A model generated the notes under the pieces. The model had not been told where the DNA came from. It did not search any database and worked only from the letters and a program-made list of their open reading frames with translations. 64,000 nt of DNA from an uncultured Thermoplasmata archaeon (GTDB lineage Archaea; Thermoplasmatota; Thermoplasmata; WALJ01): positions 4,422 through 68,421 of the forward strand of contig CAYYXK010000002.1 of NCBI GenBank assembly GCA_964475625.1. The letters are read 5' to 3'. A program made the translations under genes and the position numbers. Shown in pieces: positions 58,179 to 64,000 of the stretch (positions within the stretch are counted from its first letter, which is position 1; each line of letters starts with the position of its first letter).

Positions 58179-59330
58179 ATGATACGATTCGGAATCGCTG
58201 GCATCCCTCTGTCCAGCAAAGGACGCACCCTGTACGATGGGGTGAAAGACGCACATAATCTGGGCCTGAGGGCACTGGAAGTCCAATTTTTAAGGATAAA
58301 TACATTTGAGAGGGACGCTTTCCACGAAGAGTTCGGAATGTCCGCCAGAGAGCTTACCGGGGTCATGGTAGCGGAGGTTCACACGAGAAAGACCGGCGAC
58401 TGGAATTCCGGGAACTATGCCCTCGACCACCCGCTCGAAGACGGGGAAAGGCTCAGACTTCTTTCAATACCTGTTGCCAGCGATTATCATAAACTGAGAT
58501 TCATAGGAGAAGTGGCCAGAGAACTTGATGTCAACATGAGCATACACACCCCGCATTATATGGAGCTCACGGACAATGGGGAAGCAGCGGAAGAGTCGCT
58601 CAGATGGATAAGATGGGCCGCGCTGATAGGAAATTCCCTCGGTGCCACTCATATCGTCACATATCTGGGGGTCTATGGAGATGACCCGGGAGAGAGCCTT
58701 GAGAATGCAGTAGAGAACCTGAAAAAGGTGCGCAACTGGATGAAGAGGAATAAGATAAGGATAAAACTGGGTGTTGAGACGAGCGGGTGGCAGGATGTGC
58801 TCGGAAGCATGGACGAGATACTTGAGATATGCAGCAAGGTACCGAATACGCGCCCTGTCCTGAACTTCGGGCACATACATTCCAGAGAAGGGGGCATACT
58901 CAATACCAAGGATGATTTCCAGCAGATATTCGATATGACGAAGAAATACGCGAGGGATGGGTATTACACACATTTTACGGGAGTTGAGCACAGTGCCGGA
59001 TATGAGCGGCAATACACTCCGATAAAGCGCGGAGACCTGAAATTCGAACCGCTTGCCGAGGCAATACTTGAAAACGACTTCGATATAACCATAATATCGA
59101 GTTCCCCACTGATAGAGCATGATGCCATGTATATGAAGATACTTCTTGAGAGGCAGATGCTGAAAAGATATCATAAAAGGCGGGAAAAGAAGGAGGAGAA
59201 GAGATCGGGGAAGGCCGCAAAACCCGCCCCGAAGACTCCCGAAAAGCAGAAAAAATCAAAAACGAATAAGAATTCGAATAAGAAGTCCGCCGCAAAAACC
59301 GTCGCCGGGAAAAAGAGGGTGAAACCGTGA
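58179..59330 (+). CDS. Endonuclease IV-like (AP endonuclease family 2 / xylose-isomerase-like TIM barrel) protein with a Lys-rich, histone-H1-like C-terminal tail
   Basis: Blocks align to Nfo: IHTPHYMEL (H-x-x-Y), GVETSGW (E-T), LNFGHIHS (H), GYYTHFTGVEH; the last 50 aa are about 40% Lys. Confidence 0.5.
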   Translation: MIRFGIAGIPLSSKGRTLYDGVKDAHNLGLRALEVQFLRINTFERDAFHEEFGMSARELTGVMVAEVHTRKTGDWNSGNYALDHPLEDGERLRLLSIPVASDYHKLRFIGEVARELDVNMSIHTPHYMELTDNGEAAEESLRWIRWAALIGNSLGATHIVTYLGVYGDDPGESLENAVENLKKVRNWMKRNKIRIKLGVETSGWQDVLGSMDEILEICSKVPNTRPVLNFGHIHSREGGILNTKDDFQQIFDMTKKYARDGYYTHFTGVEHSAGYERQYTPIKRGDLKFEPLAEAILENDFDITIISSSPLIEHDAMYMKILLERQMLKRYHKRREKKEEKRSGKAAKPAPKTPEKQKKSKTNKNSNKKSAAKTVAGKKRVKP

Positions 59331-59878
59331 ACGGAGAGCGTTTTCTCAGGTCCACAAACCACATCCTTAAGGAAGCCGGGAAGATAATCCTCAGTGTGGA
59401 CGGGAGTGCCATAAAACTGGCAAGCGACAATATTCTGCGCTCCAAGCAGTCATTCGTTTACGGCGTAGGTCGTTCTGGCATAGTGGGAAAGGCCTTTGCA
59501 ATGCGGCTCGTCCAGCTCGGTCTGAAGGCATATTTCATAGGTGAAAGCACCACTCCGATAGTCGAAAAAGGAGACACGGTGATACTCATCTCAAACACCG
59601 GGGAAACATCATCCGCCATACAGACCGCCGAGATAGTCAATCGCGTGGGGGCTCATTCCATAGTCGTCACATCCGAGCCGGAATCCTCACTTGCGAAGCT
59701 CGGCGAGGTTCTCATAACCCTTGCCATGCCTGACGATGTGGATACCGATTGCGCTCCTCTGGGAACCCTTTTCGAGGACACCGCCATGATAGTTCTCGAT
59801 GGTATGATATCCGAGATAATGGAGAGAAAGGGGGAGAACGACGAGAGCATGCGCTCTAGACATGCGATATGGGTTTGA
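59327..59878 (+). CDS. SIS-domain sugar-phosphate isomerase, probably 6-phospho-3-hexuloisomerase (PHI)
   Basis: 183 aa; SIS motif VYGVGRSGIVGKAFAMRL...VILISNTGETS. Confidence 0.6.
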   Translation: MNGERFLRSTNHILKEAGKIILSVDGSAIKLASDNILRSKQSFVYGVGRSGIVGKAFAMRLVQLGLKAYFIGESTTPIVEKGDTVILISNTGETSSAIQTAEIVNRVGAHSIVVTSEPESSLAKLGEVLITLAMPDDVDTDCAPLGTLFEDTAMIVLDGMISEIMERKGENDESMRSRHAIWV

Positions 59879-61186
59879 TCATGGAACCAGCCTGAACCTG
59901 TCCCTCGGGAATATGGTCGTTTCCCTGACATTGTCAAGGCCGAGAGCCTTCTGTATCAGCCTTTCGATACCTATTCCAACGCCTCCGTGGGGCGGCATTC
60001 CATATCTGAAAGCCTTTGTGTAGAACTCGAAATCATCAGGGTTAAGGCCTTTCTTTTTCATCCTCTCTTCAAGGACATCCGGCCTGTGCTCCCTCTGGCC
60101 TCCGGAAGCAAGCTCCTGTCCCCTGAACTCGAGGTCGAAGGAATAGGACCATGGGCCTCCGTCCTTTTCCATGATGTAGAACGGCTTTTCCTCTTCAGGA
60201 TACTCGATGACGAAGTAGGCATCATAGCCCTGTCCGGCCATCATATCGCCGAGCATCTTCTCTCCCTCTGTGTCGAGGTCGTTCTCAACACCCTTGCCTT
60301 TCTCAGCCAGCATCTTCTTCGCTTCTTCGAATCTTATGCGGGGATACGGTCTCTTCGGCGCTTTTAGCTCGATCCCCAGGAGTTCAAGCTGGGAAGAACC
60401 ATACTCTATGGCTGCATTAATGGCAGCGTCCAGCATCTCCTCAACGGCATCCATCACATCGTCCTGCGATTCTATGAATGACATCTCGAAATCGAGGGAT
60501 GTGAACTCGCTCAGGTGTCTCGTCGTGTCCGAAAGCTCGGCCCTGAAAGCGGGGGCTATCTCATAGACCCTTTCAAGGCCCGTGGACATAAGAATCTGTT
60601 TGAACAATTGCGGGCTCTGTGCGAGGTATGCATTCTCTCCGAAGTAATCCAATTTGAAAAGGGTAGCTCCTCCTTCGGCCCCGGCCTTCAGTATCTTGGG
60701 TGTCTGCACCTCTATGAACCCTTTTTCCTCAAGGTTCTTCCGGATGGCGGAGAGCATTATCGCTTTGAGCTCGAATATCGCCTTTATCTCCTCCCTTCTG
60801 AGGTCCATGAAGCGGTTGTCGAGCCTCGTATCAAGCTCTATATTGACCTTGTCAACCACGCCCATGGGAAGCGGTGCATCGGCCTCGTTGAGCAGTTCCC
60901 ACTCAATCGGCAGTATCTCGAAGCCCCTCTTCACATACTCGCTCTTCTGCACCTTTCCGCGCACGGCTATGACGGACTCCCTCTGAACCTTTGTCAGCCT
61001 GTTATACTCCTCCTCGCCCATCTCATTTTTGAGAGCGGTTACCTGAACCACGCCCCCCCTGTCCCTGAGCAGTACGAAGGCTATCTTCCCCTTCTTACGG
61101 ATGGTCTGAACCCATCCGGCGACTGTGACTTCGTCATCGGCATCCGGGTTTATCTCATCGGAGCGCTTTCTATCACTGAGTTTCAT
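59879..61186 (-). CDS. aspS: Aspartyl-tRNA synthetase, archaeal type
   Basis: N-terminal OB-fold; class II motifs FRAE, GMPPHGGVGIGIERL; 435 aa. Confidence 0.9.
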   Translation of the reverse strand: MKLSDRKRSDEINPDADDEVTVAGWVQTIRKKGKIAFVLLRDRGGVVQVTALKNEMGEEEYNRLTKVQRESVIAVRGKVQKSEYVKRGFEILPIEWELLNEADAPLPMGVVDKVNIELDTRLDNRFMDLRREEIKAIFELKAIMLSAIRKNLEEKGFIEVQTPKILKAGAEGGATLFKLDYFGENAYLAQSPQLFKQILMSTGLERVYEIAPAFRAELSDTTRHLSEFTSLDFEMSFIESQDDVMDAVEEMLDAAINAAIEYGSSQLELLGIELKAPKRPYPRIRFEEAKKMLAEKGKGVENDLDTEGEKMLGDMMAGQGYDAYFVIEYPEEEKPFYIMEKDGGPWSYSFDLEFRGQELASGGQREHRPDVLEERMKKKGLNPDDFEFYTKAFRYGMPPHGGVGIGIERLIQKALGLDNVRETTIFPRDRFRLVP

Positions 61187-61228
61187 GGAAACACCGTGTG
61201 GGAATCGGAGGGGGATATAAAGGGTGTG

Positions 61229-62575
61229 TCACTTTCTTAACATCCATTCCCATATCGGAATAACATTCCTGTCTCCGTCGTTGTCTCTTTCAGTCTCAGT
61301 TATTATCGTGCCCTTATATGCTCCCGTGCTTTCAATCGCCTTTTTAAGCCCCTCGAACTCACGTGCGTGAGAGTCTTTCAGGTTCTCCGTCACCTGTATG
61401 GCTTCTGTGACCCGTCCCCTTTCGGTAACTATGAAATCGCACTCTCTTCCATCACGGTAATAGAAAACATCCTTTTTTCTCCTCAAGAGTTCAAGGAATA
61501 CCAGATTTTCCATTTTCTTTCCCCTTTCTTCGGAACCTGTGAATGTCAGGGCATCCAGCATCCCGGCATCCACGATATAGAGCTTTTTCGGGGATGTCTG
61601 TCTTTTCTTTTCCGATGTCCGGAACCTGTTAACAGTAAAGAAAAGATAGGCGTCTTCCAGATGTGACACATAATCTATAACAGTTGATTTGGATGGGCTG
61701 AAACCCATGGATTTCAGGCTGTTCCTGAGCTTTGTATATGTGAACTCCGAGGCCACGCTGTTGAGAAGCAGGCGAGATATGCCTCTGAGCATGGAAACAT
61801 CCCTGACAGAGTACCTTTCCACGACATCTCGCATTATCATGGCTTCGTAATAGCTCTGCAGGACCTCCCTTTCCGTTCTTTTGTCGAAGTCACCGAAAGA
61901 GAGCGCAGGGTATGTGCTTTTTTCCGTGTATTCTCTGAAAAGTTTCCTGCCAGCAGTCTCATTTTCACCATAGGGTCTTTTCAAAAGCTCATCAGGGTCA
62001 TAGCCTCTGAAACGTACATACTCCCGAAAGCTTACGGGAAGTATCTCAACGGAATAGACCCTCCCTCTCAATCCGGTGCTTATCTCCTTTGAAAGAAGCC
62101 TTGCGGATGAACCGGAGATGACTATCTTCACCCCGCTTTCTAGGGATTTTACTCTTTTCACCCAGCCCTGCCAGTCCATCAGGTTCTGTATCTCGTCCAG
62201 AAACAGATAGTACTCATCATGTGGTCCATACAATTCATGGAATGCATCCAGCAGACCGTCCATCACCTCTCCATTTAGTGGAGCCAGTCTGTCGTCCTCC
62301 AGATTTATGTAGAATATGCTCTCCCTGCTAACGCCCGATTCCATGAGGTCTCTCATCATCTGGTACATGAAGTATGTTTTTCCGGAGCGTCTGGGACCTA
62401 TAACAGCGAGTATGAAGGAATCCATCAGAGCATAATCTATCTCCGCATCCCTGCGAACAGGCTCGGGAATCTCCATGTCCATCCATTCGCTGACTATATG
62501 GCGGTATATCTCCATGTTGTACGGTAAATCGTACAAATATTTAAGATTTTGTTCTGTATGTCGTACAAAAATCAT
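61229..62575 (-). CDS. AAA-superfamily ATPase with DUF4143 C-terminal domain (AAA_14 family)
   Basis: Walker A VIGPRRSGKT, Walker B YLFLDEIQ; C-terminal DUF4143-like region; the start may instead be the internal Met at 62515. Confidence 0.7.
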   Translation of the reverse strand: MIFVRHTEQNLKYLYDLPYNMEIYRHIVSEWMDMEIPEPVRRDAEIDYALMDSFILAVIGPRRSGKTYFMYQMMRDLMESGVSRESIFYINLEDDRLAPLNGEVMDGLLDAFHELYGPHDEYYLFLDEIQNLMDWQGWVKRVKSLESGVKIVISGSSARLLSKEISTGLRGRVYSVEILPVSFREYVRFRGYDPDELLKRPYGENETAGRKLFREYTEKSTYPALSFGDFDKRTEREVLQSYYEAMIMRDVVERYSVRDVSMLRGISRLLLNSVASEFTYTKLRNSLKSMGFSPSKSTVIDYVSHLEDAYLFFTVNRFRTSEKKRQTSPKKLYIVDAGMLDALTFTGSEERGKKMENLVFLELLRRKKDVFYYRDGRECDFIVTERGRVTEAIQVTENLKDSHAREFEGLKKAIESTGAYKGTIITETERDNDGDRNVIPIWEWMLRK

Positions 62576-62605
62576 TTATTTTGTACAGTGTGGAGTACAA
62601 ATATA
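62531..62605. repeat. Cluster of four GTACA(A/G) motifs including two exact GTACAAATAT copies 65 bp apart (62531-62540, 62596-62605), plus GTACAAAAAT at 62563
   Basis: Read directly from sequence, spanning the 5' end/upstream region of the AAA ATPase gene and the hsdM 3' flank. Confidence 0.45.
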
Positions 62606-62651
62606 GAATATGGAAAGACGGTGCGGGAATTGGAGGTGGAGATAAAGGGTA

Positions 62652-64000
62652 TCATTCCTCGCTGTGCTCTATGAGCTCTTTGAAGCTTTCCAGAGCATCC
62701 TCCACATTCTCTATTATCTCCATGGCGAGGGTGTCCGGGTCGGGCAGGTTCTCAAGGTCCGCAAGACTTTCGTCCTTTATCCAGAAGATATCAAGGCTGG
62801 TCTTGTCTCTGGCGATTATCTCCTCGTAGGTGAAACGGCGCCATCTGCCGTCCGGATTGTCTTCCGACCATGTTTCCTTTCTGTCATGGCGGTTCTCAGG
62901 ATTATAGCACCTTATGAAATCCTTGAGGTCCTCGTATTTGAGCGGGTCCTTCTTGAGTGTGAAGTGCTTATTCGTTCGCAGGTCATATATCCAGACCTCC
63001 TTTGTCTGCGGGTCCTTTGAGGCGGGGCGGGCATCGAAAAATATGACATTCGCCTTTACGCCCGGGCGGTAGAATATGCCTGTCGGAAGGCGGAGTATGG
63101 TATGAAGGTCGGTGGTCTCGAGAAGCTTCTTTCTGACGGTCTCTCCGGCTCCCCCCTCGAAAAGCACATTGTCGGGCACGACCACCGCGGCCTTTCCGGT
63201 GCTCTTGAGTATCGTGTGTATATGCTGCACGAAGTTGAGCTGTTTGTTCGACGTGGTGGTCCAGAAGTCCTGCCGGTTGTATGTGAGGGTTTCCTTAACC
63301 TGCCTGCCTTCCTCGTTGGTTATGGTCATGCTGCTCTTTTTTCCAAACGGCGGGTTCGTGAGGACATAGTCATAACGCCCTCCCGGGTCCGAGATAAGGG
63401 AATCGTTCGGAGATATGAACGACTCGCTGTCAAGGTCGCCTATGTTGTGCAGGAACATGTTCATCAGGCAGAGCCTCCGGGTCTCGGCCACTATCTCGTT
63501 CCCGTGGAAGGTTTTGAACTTCAGGAACTCCTTTTCCTCTTTGCTGAGCTTATAGTTGTTCTTGATGAAGTCGTAGGACGCGAGGAAGAAACCGCCTGTT
63601 CCGCAGGCAGGGTCCGCGATGCTCTTCTTCGGTTCCGGCCGGATGCACTCAACCATGGCCTTTATCAGAACCCTCGGGGTGAAATACTGTCCTGCTCCGC
63701 TCTTCACATCCTCGGCGTTCTTCTCCAGAAGACCCTCGTATATCTTTCCCTTGACATCGGTTCCCATGATGGCCCATTCCTCCTTATCGATGAGGTCTAT
63801 GAGCCTGTAGAGCTTCGCCGGGTCCTGTATCCTGTTCTGTGCCTTGGCGAATATGCCGCCGAGCATCCCTTTCATCTTTCCGAGTTCGGAGAGAACGCGG
63901 TTGTAATGCTCCCCGAGTTCCGCTCCCCTCTTCGTTCTCAGGCTCTCCCAGCCGTATTCCTTCGGAATGGGTATCTCCTTGTTATACGGCGGCTTCGAGT
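62652..64000 (-). CDS. hsdM: Type I restriction-modification N6-adenine DNA methyltransferase HsdM; 5'-partial, with the frame open upstream of the first Met (63875) to the window edge
   Basis: AdoMet motif DPACGTGGF and catalytic LTNPPFG; upstream in-frame translation (...ELGEHYNRVLSELGKMKGM...) has no stop through 64000. Confidence 0.85.
   Translation of the reverse strand, partial: SKPPYNKEIPIPKEYGWESLRTKRGAELGEHYNRVLSELGKMKGMLGGIFAKAQNRIQDPAKLYRLIDLIDKEEWAIMGTDVKGKIYEGLLEKNAEDVKSGAGQYFTPRVLIKAMVECIRPEPKKSIADPACGTGGFFLASYDFIKNNYKLSKEEKEFLKFKTFHGNEIVAETRRLCLMNMFLHNIGDLDSESFISPNDSLISDPGGRYDYVLTNPPFGKKSSMTITNEEGRQVKETLTYNRQDFWTTTSNKQLNFVQHIHTILKSTGKAAVVVPDNVLFEGGAGETVRKKLLETTDLHTILRLPTGIFYRPGVKANVIFFDARPASKDPQTKEVWIYDLRTNKHFTLKKDPLKYEDLKDFIRCYNPENRHDRKETWSEDNPDGRWRRFTYEEIIARDKTSLDIFWIKDESLADLENLPDPDTLAMEIIENVEDALESFKELIEHSEE

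Overview
This 64 kb window reads as a gene-dense archaeal chromosome segment, roughly 50% GC. I cannot assign the lineage with confidence from sequence alone. Thermoplasmatota-like is a tentative guess, and several bacterial-type genes are present.

The archaeal assignment rests on these features:
- a split transketolase (separate N- and C-terminal genes)
- the rplX(LX)-pfdA-ftsY cluster
- an rps12-rps7-EF2 (str) operon
- Alba, fibrillarin, TiaS, Dph2 and MfnA
- an archaeal-type riboflavin/FAD cluster (ribB-ribL-ribC-ribH)

I found no rRNA, tRNA, CRISPR array or transposase.

The window is rich in surface and secreted genes:
- a 1,889-aa S8 subtilisin-like protease
- an 878-aa sequon-rich surface protein
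- a BNR-repeat protein
- a VIT-vWA protein with a PGF-CTERM-like tail
- a DUF2207 protein
- amino-sugar N-glycan genes (acetyltransferase, DegT, GT4)

It also carries:
- an oadA/oadG-like/oadB Na+-pumping biotin decarboxylase operon with birA
- hypF and hypB fused into an operon with a CcdA-like thiol-disulfide transporter
- a partial Type I RM hsdM next to a DUF4143 AAA ATPase at the 3' edge

The most unusual items are listed here in the order they are discussed in the findings:
- a 991-aa protein combining two receiver-like domains with a PEP-synthase-type ATP-grasp (PPDK_N) domain
- a GCS2-ligase/amidohydrolase overlapping pair immediately upstream of the str operon
- a CARDB-domain/OadG fusion
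- a bacterial-type rluB-queH pair
- a 16-bp perfect palindrome present at two intergenic sites
- a purC whose conserved N-terminus lacks any canonical start codon
- a ribosomal S7 with an E/K/P-rich N-terminal extension
- a thiolase with a 37-aa insert
- an acidic 143-aa protein where Nop5 would normally precede fibrillarin
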